The notes below the pieces were generated by a model. That model was not told the DNA's origin and made no database searches. It saw nothing but the letters and a program-made list of their open reading frames with translations. Positions 23,996 to 32,000 of a DNA stretch of 32,000 bases are shown one piece after another. Within the stretch, counting starts at the first letter, position 1. The number at the start of each line of letters is the position of its first letter. Source of the stretch: Xanthomonas campestris pv. campestris str. ATCC 33913. Lineage in GTDB: Bacteria > Pseudomonadota > Gammaproteobacteria > Xanthomonadales > Xanthomonadaceae. The DNA is taken from contig NC_003902.1 in the NCBI RefSeq assembly GCF_000007145.1, positions 1,687,436-1,719,435 on the forward strand. The letters run 5' to 3'. The position numbers and the translations under genes were made by a program.

Positions 23996-26455
23996 ATGAG
24001 CACAGGCAAGCGCCCCACCGGCCCGCGCACGACGCGCGCCGCAACCAAGAAGACCGCCAAGACCGCCCCGCCGGCCAAGCGCCGTTCGGGGCGTCAGGCC
24101 ACCGCCAAGGCGGAAACGCAAGAGGAAAACGGCCATCGCACGCGGGTGCAGGGCAAGGCCCGCACCGTCATCTACATCCATGGCATCGGCAACAAGCCAC
24201 CGGCTGAGGTGTTGCGCTGCCAGTGGGACAAGGCCTTGTTCGGCCGCCCGATGGGTGAGCGCACGCGGCTTGCGTACTGGGTCAACCGCGAGTGCTACCC
24301 GGTGCCCGAGCCTGGCAGTTGCGATGGCCGCGATGTGGGGCCGGCGTTGAATCAGAGCGTGCAGCGGGCGTTGAGCACGCTGGGGCTGGTGCCGGGCGAG
24401 CAGGACCTGCACGCGCTGGCCGATGCGCTGGCACAGAGCGAGCAGGAGCGTGCTGATCTGCACCAGATGCTGGACGAGCTGCAGGCCGCGCCGCTTGCCG
24501 GCGGCGTGCAGGCGAAGGGGCCGATCGATGCGATCAACCGCGTGCTGTTGCGGCTGATTTCCGCGGCGCTGCTGCAGGATGTGCACGATCTGTTCTTTGT
24601 CCCGGAGCGGGCTGCGCAGATGCGCGAAAGCCTGGCGCAACGGTTGCGCGCCGGTGGCGGGCCGTTTGTGGTGGTGGCGCACAGCCAGGGCTCGATGATT
24701 GCCTACGACGTGCTGCGGCAGTTGCAGGCCGATGGCTGCGAGGTGGCGCTGTTCCTGACCCTGGGCTCGCCGCTGGGCTTGCCGCAGGTGCGCAGCATGT
24801 TCAAGCGCTGGACCGGGACGCGCAAACTGCCGTTCCCCGACTGCGTGCGGCGCTGGGTCAACGTGGCCGAAACGCGCGACCCGATCGCGCTGGATCCAGA
24901 CCTGACCGACGACATCGCCAATGCCAAGGGGCGGTTCGAGAACATCGCCGCCGCGCGGCTCAACCCGGACTGGGAGCACAACCCGCATTCGGGCTCGGGA
25001 TATCTGGCCATTGCGCAGGTGCGTGCAGCGGTGCGGCAGGCGGTGGGTGTGGGCTTCGATCAACCGGTCTCCAATGCGGTGCTGATCAAGGACCTCAGTG
25101 AGCAGCTCGAGGCGCACGGCGCGGACTATCGGCACGAGGTGTTGATCGAGCTGGACCGTCGCGTCCTGGGCGCGGACCCGGCCGGCGTGCGTGCGCAGTT
25201 GCTCACCCACATGCGCCAGATTGCCGGGCAGAGCACCGGCCTGGACGGCGATGCATTGGACGACGCGATCGAACTCGAAGACAGCCTGCAACGCTTCATT
25301 TCGGCGCGGCTGACGCGGTTCGAGATCGAAACGCTGCAAAGCCGCTACCGCGCGCTGGGTTTCCGGCGCGTCTGGCGCGATGCCGGCAAGCGTGCGCTGA
25401 TCCACGTCTCGGGCAATGTGCTGCATGTGGATGCAGCACGCACGGCGTATCGCGCACGTGGGCAGCAGATCGGCTGGGCGGTCCTGGATACCGGCATTGC
25501 GGCCGGGCATCCACATTTCTTCGTGCCGGGCGAGCGCGACAATGTGGTGGCGCAGTGGGATTGCACCCGGCGCGGCGCGCCCAAGCGGCTGACGCGGGCC
25601 GATGGCAAACGGTTCACCGCACTCGATGGGCATGGCCATGGCACGCACATCGCCGGCATCATCGCCGGCTGTTGCCGGGCGGCGGTGCCCGATGCCCGTG
25701 GCAATCCGGGCGAACTGCTGGAATTTGCCGGCATGGCGCCGGAGACGCAGCTCTATGGCTTCAAGGTGCTGGACGACGCCGGCAACGGGCGCGATTCGTG
25801 GATGATCAAGGCAGTGCAGCACGTGGCCGACCTCAACGAGCGTGCCGGCGAGCTGGTGATCCACGGCGTCAATCTGAGCCTGGGCGGGTGCTTCGATCCG
25901 GAAAGCTACGGCTGTGGCTTCACCCCGTTATGCAACGAGTTGCGGCGGTTGTGGCGGCAGGGCGTACTGGTAGTGGTGGCGGCCGGCAACGAAGGCCTGG
26001 CCTGGCTGATGCAGAACGACGGCGGCACCTACCCGGCGAACATGGATCTGTCGATCAGCGATCCGGGCAATCTGGAGGACGCGATCGTGGTGGGATCGGT
26101 GCACAAGAGCAGCCCGCACAACTACGGCGTGTCGTATTTTTCATCCCGCGGGCCGACCGCCGATGGCCGCTCCAAACCTGATGTGGTCGCCCCGGGCGAA
26201 AAAATCCTGTCCGCGTACTACGGCTTCGACCCGCGCGACCCGTCCAGCCTGATGGTCGAAATGAGCGGCACCAGCATGGCCGCACCGCATGTGTCCGGCG
26301 TGCTGGCCGGTTTTTTATCCGCACGCCGCGAGTTCATCGGCTTTCCGGACCGGGTCAAGCAACTGCTGCTGGACACCTGCACCGACCTGCAGCGCGATCG
26401 TTACGTGCAGGGCAGGGGGGTGCCGAATTTGATGCGGATGCTTGGAGATACGTGA
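23996..26455 (+). CDS. Fusion protein: basic disordered N-terminus + alpha/beta-hydrolase (lipase-like GxSxG) + subtilisin-family S8 serine peptidase
   Basis: AAGGAG RBS 8 nt upstream. IYIHGIGNKP and VVVAHSQGSMIAYD (nucleophile elbow, ~24678). S8 triad: AVLDTGI (~25481), HGHGTHIAG (~25627), GTSMAAPHVSG (~26267). No signal peptide is visible. Confidence 0.85.
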   Translation: MSTGKRPTGPRTTRAATKKTAKTAPPAKRRSGRQATAKAETQEENGHRTRVQGKARTVIYIHGIGNKPPAEVLRCQWDKALFGRPMGERTRLAYWVNRECYPVPEPGSCDGRDVGPALNQSVQRALSTLGLVPGEQDLHALADALAQSEQERADLHQMLDELQAAPLAGGVQAKGPIDAINRVLLRLISAALLQDVHDLFFVPERAAQMRESLAQRLRAGGGPFVVVAHSQGSMIAYDVLRQLQADGCEVALFLTLGSPLGLPQVRSMFKRWTGTRKLPFPDCVRRWVNVAETRDPIALDPDLTDDIANAKGRFENIAAARLNPDWEHNPHSGSGYLAIAQVRAAVRQAVGVGFDQPVSNAVLIKDLSEQLEAHGADYRHEVLIELDRRVLGADPAGVRAQLLTHMRQIAGQSTGLDGDALDDAIELEDSLQRFISARLTRFEIETLQSRYRALGFRRVWRDAGKRALIHVSGNVLHVDAARTAYRARGQQIGWAVLDTGIAAGHPHFFVPGERDNVVAQWDCTRRGAPKRLTRADGKRFTALDGHGHGTHIAGIIAGCCRAAVPDARGNPGELLEFAGMAPETQLYGFKVLDDAGNGRDSWMIKAVQHVADLNERAGELVIHGVNLSLGGCFDPESYGCGFTPLCNELRRLWRQGVLVVVAAGNEGLAWLMQNDGGTYPANMDLSISDPGNLEDAIVVGSVHKSSPHNYGVSYFSSRGPTADGRSKPDVVAPGEKILSAYYGFDPRDPSSLMVEMSGTSMAAPHVSGVLAGFLSARREFIGFPDRVKQLLLDTCTDLQRDRYVQGRGVPNLMRMLGDT

Positions 26456-26674
26456 TTCGGGAGTCGGGATTGGGGATTCGCAAACGCGGTGGTTGGCTGA
26501 ACAAAAACGGCCGCGATGCAGGTTGCAGCCCGAAGGCTGGCTAAGAGCGGTCGCGTCACATGGCGTGGCGGGATCGCACGGCCTCAAAGCAGCCCAAACC
26601 ATCGCAACTTGCGGTCTCAGCAAATGCTCAGCTCAAGCAGCCCCGTTCTTGCGAATCCCGAATCCCGATTCCCG
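26454..26674. repeat. Inverted heptamer-repeat arms flanking a ~165-bp spacer (MITE-like or long-hairpin element) between convergent genes
   Basis: 26457-26483 CGGGAGTCGGGATTGGGGATTCGCAA versus the reverse complement of 26649-26674, CGGGAATCGGGATTCGGGATTCGCAA (24/26 identical). Each arm is made of GATTCGG/GATTGGG-type heptamers. Confidence 0.6.
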
Positions 26675-26679
26675 GCTAC

Positions 26680-27183
26680 TCACGCATCCCGATTATGCCG
26701 CCGCATCACGCGCTGCTTGTCGCGCTGCCAGTCGCGTTCCTTGGCGGCATCGCGCTTGTCGTGCGATTGCTTGCCCTTGGCCAATGCGATCTCCAGCTTG
26801 ACCTTGTTGCTGCTCCAGTACAGCGCGGTGGGCACCAGCGTGTAGCCTTCGCGCTCCACGCGGGTCAGCACCTTGTCGATCTCGGCACGGTGCAGCAGTA
26901 GCTTGCGGTCGCGGCGCTCCACCGGAATCACGTGGGTGGAAGCCTGGATCAACGGGGTGATCTGCGCGCCGATCAGGTAAATCTCGCCCGACCGCACGTA
27001 GGCGTAGCCGTCGACGATGTTCGCGCGCCCGGCGCGGATGGCCTTGACCTCCCAGCCCTGCAGGGCCAGGCCGGCTTCATAGCGCTCCTCGAGGTGGTAC
27101 TCGTGGCGCGCACGTTTGTTCAGGGCGATGGTTTTCGTGGCCGTCGCGCTCTTTGCTTTATCCTTGGCAGGCTTCTTGCTCAT
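26680..27183 (-). CDS. smpB: SsrA-binding protein SmpB
   Basis: [12 protein letters not shown]...[38 protein letters not shown]... is canonical SmpB. The start is at Met114 of the longer ORF. Confidence 0.95.
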   Translation of the reverse strand: MSKKPAKDKAKSATATKTIALNKRARHEYHLEERYEAGLALQGWEVKAIRAGRANIVDGYAYVRSGEIYLIGAQITPLIQASTHVIPVERRDRKLLLHRAEIDKVLTRVEREGYTLVPTALYWSSNKVKLEIALAKGKQSHDKRDAAKERDWQRDKQRVMRRHNRDA

Positions 27184-27243
27184 GCCGCTATTGTCGCCGA
27201 TTCGGCGTCGCCAAACGATCGCCCGTCTTTCACAAGTCAGAGA

Positions 27244-27675
27244 ATGCCTACCATCCGTCGCAGCGCGCTTGTCGAACACAGCGCCACCCGCATGTTCGAT
27301 CTGGTCAATGATGTCGCCGCCTATCCGCGCCGCTTCGGCTGGTGCGACGCTGCGCATGTGCTTGAAGAGGACGACGCCCACATCGTGGCGCGGCTGGACC
27401 TGGGGCTGGGATCGTTCCGCACCTGGTTCACCACCGAAAACATCCTCGAGCGGCCCGAACGCATCGTGATGCATCTGCGCGACGGGCCGTTCAAGCGCCT
27501 GGAAGGCCTGTGGGAATTTCAATCGCTGGGTGACAACGCGTGCAAGGTGAGCCTGACCCTTGAAGTGGAAACCAGCTCGCGGCTGCTGGGCCCGGCGCTG
27601 GCGCTGGGCTTCCAGGGCCTGGCCGACCGCATGGTCAACGATTTCGTGCGGGTCGCCGATCGCGGCGACGTCTAG
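27244..27675 (+). CDS. ratA: SRPBCC-family RatA/YfjG-like (ubiquinone-binding / ribosome-association toxin family) protein
   Basis: [31 protein letters not shown]... Conserved position divergent from smpB and upstream of rnfH. Confidence 0.85.
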   Translation: MPTIRRSALVEHSATRMFDLVNDVAAYPRRFGWCDAAHVLEEDDAHIVARLDLGLGSFRTWFTTENILERPERIVMHLRDGPFKRLEGLWEFQSLGDNACKVSLTLEVETSSRLLGPALALGFQGLADRMVNDFVRVADRGDV

Positions 27676-27677
27676 TC

Positions 27678-27974
27678 ATGCGGGTGGAGGTCATCGTCGC
27701 CTGGCCGGACCGCTACAGCGCGGTCCAGCTGGAACTTGCCGAGGGCGCCACCGTGGCCGAGGCCGTTGCCGCCTCCGGTTTTGCCGGTGACCAAGCGCTG
27801 GTCGGCCAGGCGGTGCATGGCGTGATTGCCACGCCGGCCCAGGTGTTGCGCGACGGCGATCGTGTCGAATTGCTCAGGCCGCTTCTGCTGGACCCGAAGG
27901 AGGCGCGCCGGCGTCGTGCCGCGCCCGCCAAACAGGCGCCAGGCACGCAAAAGAAGCGCAATGCTTCGCCGTAA
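27678..27974 (+). CDS. rnfH: RnfH-family ubiquitin-like protein
   Basis: MRVEVIVAWPDRYSAVQLELAEGATVAEAV...DGDRVELLRPLLLDPKEARRRR is a typical RnfH/YfjF sequence. Confidence 0.85.
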   Translation: MRVEVIVAWPDRYSAVQLELAEGATVAEAVAASGFAGDQALVGQAVHGVIATPAQVLRDGDRVELLRPLLLDPKEARRRRAAPAKQAPGTQKKRNASP

Positions 27975-28196
27975 GGTGCGTTTGATGCGCGGGGGAGAGA
28001 TGAGTTGCCATCGGCCCCAGGCACGGGGCTGGCATCAAAAGAGCAGGGCGCTAAGAGGCAGCGCCTCGGAGCACGCACATGGAAGCAGCACGCGCAACAT
28101 CCTGTGGGGTCACCGAGACAAGCGGGGCTGGCCGATGGCCAGCGATATCACGATCAAGCAGCAGCGAGCGGTGATCCACTCGCTGCGTCAGCGTCC

Positions 28197-28592
28197 TCAG
28201 CGGCCGCGCTGCTTCTTCTTGTCGCGAGCCAGGTTGCGGCCGAACTGCTTTGGCGCCGACTTGGCCAGCTGCTCGTCTTGAGCCGGGAAATAATCGCCTT
28301 CCCAACGCACGACCTGCTCATTTTCGAAGAACACGGTGAAGTTCTTGACGTCGGTCCGCGCCAGACGATCGACGCGCTGCGTGGACGTGTAGTCCCAACG
28401 CTGGGCATGGAACGGATCGGGGATGGACGGTGTTCCCAGCAACGCGCTGACCTGCTGCTTGCTCTGGCCTACCTGCAGTTGCTCCACGGCGGTCTGTTTG
28501 ATCAGATTGCCCTGGTAGATCGGCTGCTTGTAGATGATGCCGCAGCCAGCGGTGGAGAGTGCAACGGCGGCGACCAGCAGGAGATTGCGCAT
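28197..28592 (-). CDS. bamE: Outer-membrane protein assembly factor BamE (SmpA/OmlA lipoprotein)
   Basis: Lipobox LSTAGC, then YKQPIYQGNLIKQTAVEQLQVGQSKQQVSALLGTP. Confidence 0.9.
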   Translation of the reverse strand: MRNLLLVAAVALSTAGCGIIYKQPIYQGNLIKQTAVEQLQVGQSKQQVSALLGTPSIPDPFHAQRWDYTSTQRVDRLARTDVKNFTVFFENEQVVRWEGDYFPAQDEQLAKSAPKQFGRNLARDKKKQRGR

Positions 28593-28680
28593 CGGGGATT
28601 AAGTGCTGAGGAAATCACGCCGATGATACACTCCCGGCGGTCGCCGCGACCCGTCTCAGGCAGCTGGCGCTAAATCGCCA

Positions 28681-29106
28681 ATGAACGGAGAACGTATGGA
28701 AACCCACGACCTGCGCAAAGTCGGGCTCAAGGTGACCCATCCGCGTATGCGGATCCTGGAACTGCTCGAACAGAAGAGCAACCAGCACCACCTCAGCGCA
28801 GAAGACATCTATCGCCAGCTGCTGGACCATGGCGACGAAATCGGCCTGGCCACGGTTTACCGCGTGCTGACCCAATTCGAGGCTGCTGGCCTGGTGTTGA
28901 AGCACAATTTCGAAGGCGGCCAGGCCGTGTACGAGCTGGACCGCGGCGGCCATCACGACCACATGGTCGATGTGGACACCGGCCACGTGATCGAGTTCGA
29001 GAGCGAAGAAATTGAAGCGCTGCAGCGCCAGATTGCGGCGAAGCATGGCTACGAGCTCGAAGAGCATTCGCTGGTGCTGTACGTGCGCAAGAAGCGCCCG
29101 CGCTGA
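28681..29106 (+). CDS. fur: Ferric uptake regulator Fur
   Basis: LKVTHPRMRILELLE...LSAEDIYRQLL...GLATVYRVLTQFEAAGLV...HHDHMVD. The start may be the Met at 28696 (METHDL). Confidence 0.9.
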   Translation: MNGERMETHDLRKVGLKVTHPRMRILELLEQKSNQHHLSAEDIYRQLLDHGDEIGLATVYRVLTQFEAAGLVLKHNFEGGQAVYELDRGGHHDHMVDVDTGHVIEFESEEIEALQRQIAAKHGYELEEHSLVLYVRKKRPR

Positions 29107-29131
29107 CGCCACGTTGCTGTAGGTAACACTG

Positions 29132-29155
29132 ACAAGGCGGCTTCGGCCGCCTTGT
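29132..29155 (+). terminator. Possible fur terminator hairpin
   Basis: ACAAGGCGGC-ttcg-GCCGCCTTGT perfect stem. The downstream T-tract is weak. Confidence 0.45.
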
Positions 29156-29758
29156 GCATGTTTGGGAGAAGCACATCGCTGATGTGCTGCGCACGACATG
29201 CTATCCGTCGTGACCCTTGATGAAACAGCGCTCAGCGTTCTGGCGCATAAGTGCGTCTTGGTGCGCCGCACAGCGCGTGCACGCCGCTGCGCCTGCACGC
29301 GACGATTGAGTACTGCCATCCCACTACTCAACTGCCGATGCAGGAGGTCTGCAGTGATGCGTGGATTGCGCATGTCACGTGTGGCTAGGGCGTTGCGCAG
29401 GACGCGTGCGCAGTAATTGCAGCGCGCGCCGCAATCGAGACGTCGGTGGTCAGTGCGATTTACGCCTGCCGTTCGGCGGGAGAAAGCGCCCCAGCTTCAG
29501 TCTGTAATTGCCGCAGGTAAGGCACTGGCGCCGCGTTGTCGCGATGCGCCGCAAATACTGCATCGGGTGCCGGCTTACCGATTACCAGGCCTGCGCTATC
29601 AAACAGGCCAATCGCACTAAAAGTCGGGGCTCAGCAGGCATGCCGCTCTGCCGATTGCAGCGAAATCCACCCCCCGCAAGCGCGGAGGGAAAGTCACTGC
29701 GAACTCGGGCGGGCACATCGCGCCGCGAGCCCGCAGCATGCGGGACCCGCCCGGTAAC

Positions 29759-31423
29759 TCAGGCGCTCTGCAGCAGCTTGCGCGCCGCCGCGCGGGCTTC
29801 CTTGCTGACTTCCACGCCGCCGAGCATGCGCGCCAGTTCTTCCTGGCGTGCCTGCGGGCCGAGCAGTTCCACCGCGCTCTGGGTCATGCCATCCACCGGC
29901 GCCTTGCTCACGCGGTAATGCGCGTGGCCCTTGGCGGCGACCTGTGGCAAGTGGGTAACGCACAGCACCTGGCGTTCTTCGCCCAGGGCACGCAGCTTCT
30001 GGCCGACGATGTCGGCCACCGCGCCGCCGATACCGGAATCCACTTCGTCGAACACCATGGTCGGCACGCTGTCCAGGCCAAGCGCTGCCACTTCGATCGC
30101 CAGCGAGATACGCGACAGTTCGCCGCCGGAGGCCACCTTGCGCAGGGCGCGCGGCGGCTGCCCGGCGTTGGCGGCGACCAGGAATTCCACCCGCTCGGCG
30201 CCATTGGGATCCGGGCGCAGGGTCTCTTGCGGCTGCAACTGGATCAGGAATTGCCCGCCGCCCATGCCCAGTTCGCCGATCAGCGTGGTGGTGGCAGCGG
30301 ACAGCGCCTGCGCGGCGCTCTGGCGGCTGGCGCTGAGGACGCTGGCGGCGCCTTGCCAGACGCCGATGGCCGCCTCGATGTGCTTGTCCAGCTGCTGCAG
30401 GCGCTCGTCGGCGCCGCGCAGGCTCTCAACCTCGGCGGTCAGGTGGTCGCGATGCGCGGCCAGCTCGTCAGGCGAAACGCGGTGCTTGCGGGCCAGGTCA
30501 TGCAGGCGGCCGAGACGGCGCTCCATGGCCTCGAATTGGGTGGGGTCGGCATCCAGGTCGTCGCGCACGCGGTCGAGCAGGGCAAGCGCTTCTTCGATCT
30601 GGATCGCGGCGCTGTCCAGCAGCGCATCCACTTCGCCCAGCCGCGGCTCGTGCTCGGCCACCCGGGCCAGGTCGTGCCGGCTGTCCTGCAGCAGGCCCAG
30701 CGCCGAAGGGCCCTCGTCGCCATTGAGCTGCTGGACCACGCTCTCGCAGGCGCCGATCAAGGCAGTGGCGTGTGCCTGGCGGCGATGGTTGGTGTCCAGC
30801 GCGGCGATGGCCGCCGGGTCCAGGTCCTCGCGCTCCAGTTCGGCCAGTTGGTGCTCCAGAAAGCCGATGCGGTCGGAGACATCGCCTTGCGCAGACAGGG
30901 CATCGCGCTCGTCCAGCAGCGCCTGCCAGCGCTGGCTGGCCTGGCGCACCTGCTCACGCTGGGCGCTGTTGCGGGCGTAGGCATCGAGCAGGGCCAGCTG
31001 GCTGTTGCGGGCCATCAGCGCCTGGTGCTCGTGCTGGCCGTGGATTTCCACCAGCCGCGCGGCCAGGTCGGACAGCTGCGAGGAGGTCACCGGGCGGCCG
31101 TTGATCCAGGCGCGCGAGCCGCCGTCGGCGCGAATGATCCGGCGCAGCTGGCATTGGGCATCGTCATCGAGCTCGTTGTCGGCCAGCCAGGTCAGGCCGG
31201 GATGCTCGGCCGGCAGCTGGAATTCGGCCGACAGCTCGGCGCGGTCGGCGCCGTGGCGGACCACGCCGCTGTCGGCGCGCAGGCCGGACAAAAAGCCCAG
31301 CGCATCCACCATCAGCGACTTGCCGGCGCCGGTTTCGCCCGAGACCACGGTCATGCCCGGCCCGAATTCGAGTTCGGTGGCGCGGACAACGGCGAAATCC
31401 TTGATTGAGAGGTGTCTGAGCAT
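29759..31423 (-). CDS. recN: DNA repair protein RecN
   Basis: MLRHLSIKDFAVVRATELEFGPGMTVVSGETGAGKSLMVDALGF (Walker A) ... C-terminal ASGGELSRISLAIE and MVFDEVDSGIGG. The start is at Met30 of the ORF. Confidence 0.95.
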   Translation of the reverse strand: MLRHLSIKDFAVVRATELEFGPGMTVVSGETGAGKSLMVDALGFLSGLRADSGVVRHGADRAELSAEFQLPAEHPGLTWLADNELDDDAQCQLRRIIRADGGSRAWINGRPVTSSQLSDLAARLVEIHGQHEHQALMARNSQLALLDAYARNSAQREQVRQASQRWQALLDERDALSAQGDVSDRIGFLEHQLAELEREDLDPAAIAALDTNHRRQAHATALIGACESVVQQLNGDEGPSALGLLQDSRHDLARVAEHEPRLGEVDALLDSAAIQIEEALALLDRVRDDLDADPTQFEAMERRLGRLHDLARKHRVSPDELAAHRDHLTAEVESLRGADERLQQLDKHIEAAIGVWQGAASVLSASRQSAAQALSAATTTLIGELGMGGGQFLIQLQPQETLRPDPNGAERVEFLVAANAGQPPRALRKVASGGELSRISLAIEVAALGLDSVPTMVFDEVDSGIGGAVADIVGQKLRALGEERQVLCVTHLPQVAAKGHAHYRVSKAPVDGMTQSAVELLGPQARQEELARMLGGVEVSKEARAAARKLLQSA

Positions 31424-31540
31424 GGGATCGAGTGTGAACGCTTTGGGGAAGCTTAGGGCCGATGGGGACGCTGGGGGAATGGGATGCTTGCCAACCCCGG
31501 GGCCAGACATTATCTATGCCCAGTCTCACCGGATGATCCC

Positions 31541-32000
31541 ATGCGCGCGTCCCAGTCCCCAATGCTCGACCCCCGCGCACGCCACCTGCTGCGCACGCTG
31601 ATCGCGCGTTACATCCGCGATGGCGAACCGGTGGGCTCCAAGACGCTGGCCCAGCATGCCGGCCTGGATGTCAGCCCGGCGACGATCCGTAATATTTTGG
31701 CCGACCTGGAAGACATCGGGCTGCTCAGTTCTCCGCACACCTCGGCCGGGCGGGTGCCCACCGCGCACGGCTACCGGGTGTTCGTCGACAGCCTGGTGCA
31801 GATGCAGCCGCCCGGCGAAGAGGAGGTGCGCCGGCTGCGCGCCGAGTTGGCCAGCAGCAACGGGACGCAGTCGCTGCTGGGTAGCGCTTCGCAGATGCTG
31901 TCGGCGATGAGCCACTTCGTGGGCGTGGTCAGCGCGCCGCGGCGCGAGCAGTTTGCGTTCCGGCATATCGATTTCGTGCCGCTGGACGCGCGCCGGGTGC
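31541..32000 (+). CDS. hrcA: Heat-inducible transcription repressor HrcA, N-terminal part (runs off the window)
   Basis: My translation from the ATG at 31541: MRASQSPMLDPRARHLLRTLIARYIRDGEPVGSKTLAQHAGLDVSPATIRNILADLEDIGLLSSPHTSAGRVPT... This frame is not listed in the ORF track because it is open-ended. Confidence 0.9.
   Translation, partial: MRASQSPMLDPRARHLLRTLIARYIRDGEPVGSKTLAQHAGLDVSPATIRNILADLEDIGLLSSPHTSAGRVPTAHGYRVFVDSLVQMQPPGEEEVRRLRAELASSNGTQSLLGSASQMLSAMSHFVGVVSAPRREQFAFRHIDFVPLDARRV

Noticed and set aside
23951-25864. 637-aa ORF on the minus strand, opposite the hydrolase-protease gene
   Set aside because: Its translation is Arg/Ala/Gly/His-rich low-complexity sequence, typical of antisense shadow ORFs in high-GC DNA. 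The plus-strand frame carries clear catalytic motifs and an RBS.
22376-26674. CRISPR array candidates (hexanucleotide repeat, heptamer arms)
   Set aside because: The repeat units are only 6-7 bp and contiguous, with no 25-40 bp spacers. No cas genes are present in the window.
26680-27675. Long N-terminal extensions of smpB (280-aa ORF) and ratA (247-aa ORF)
   Set aside because: The extensions overlap each other on opposite strands. The canonical protein N-termini (MSKKPAK..., [10 protein letters not shown]...) begin at internal Met codons, leaving a normal 60-bp divergent intergenic region.
29738-31408. 556-aa plus-strand ORF overlapping recN
   Set aside because: This is the antisense shadow of an unmistakable RecN. 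The sequence is repetitive (A/G/R/L/Q) and has no recognisable motifs.
31424-31540. SOS (LexA) box upstream of recN and CIRCE element upstream of hrcA in the divergent intergenic region
   Set aside because: I looked for a TTAG...CTAA-type palindrome and for TTAGCACTC-N9-GAGTGCTAA and saw neither. No regulatory site is claimed.

Overview
High-GC gammaproteobacterial chromosome segment, probably Xanthomonadaceae, judged from the tmRNA tag ANDDNYGSDFAIAA and the core block smpB / ratA-rnfH / bamE / fur / recN / hrcA at about 26.7-32 kb. The tmRNA gene ssrA (23466-23862, minus strand) has served as an integration site at least twice. A 34-bp copy of its 3' end recurs at 14262-14295, which splits the accessory DNA into two tandem elements. 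Element 2 (about 14296-23465, roughly 9.2 kb) looks intact. It carries a tyrosine integrase, an excisionase-type HTH, a 1187-aa Toprim primase / P-loop protein, an 11-bp-phased GTTAA iteron array, and a chain of six translationally coupled genes that includes a capsid-like protein, a Mor-like regulator and an AlpA-like regulator. This is the layout of a phage satellite or PICI-like element. Element 1 (left of 14262, left border outside the window) is visibly more AT-rich and is decaying: its integrase is frameshifted and truncated, and it contains IS4, IS5 and IS3 family elements and two further frameshifted genes. Element 1 nevertheless carries an intact four-gene operon at 1278-8701. The operon encodes a MotA-like channel with a long coiled-coil tail, a MotB/OmpA-like partner, a 543-aa protein and a 1065-aa SNF2 helicase. 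I read this as a type I Zorya (zorABCD) anti-phage defence system, and it is the main system in the window. Other points of interest are an unusual alpha/beta-hydrolase + subtilisin (S8) fusion protein between ssrA and smpB, candidate arm-type integrase sites, and an inverted heptamer-repeat structure abutting the smpB stop codon. All calls rest on reading the sequence and the ORF translations. No database search was run.
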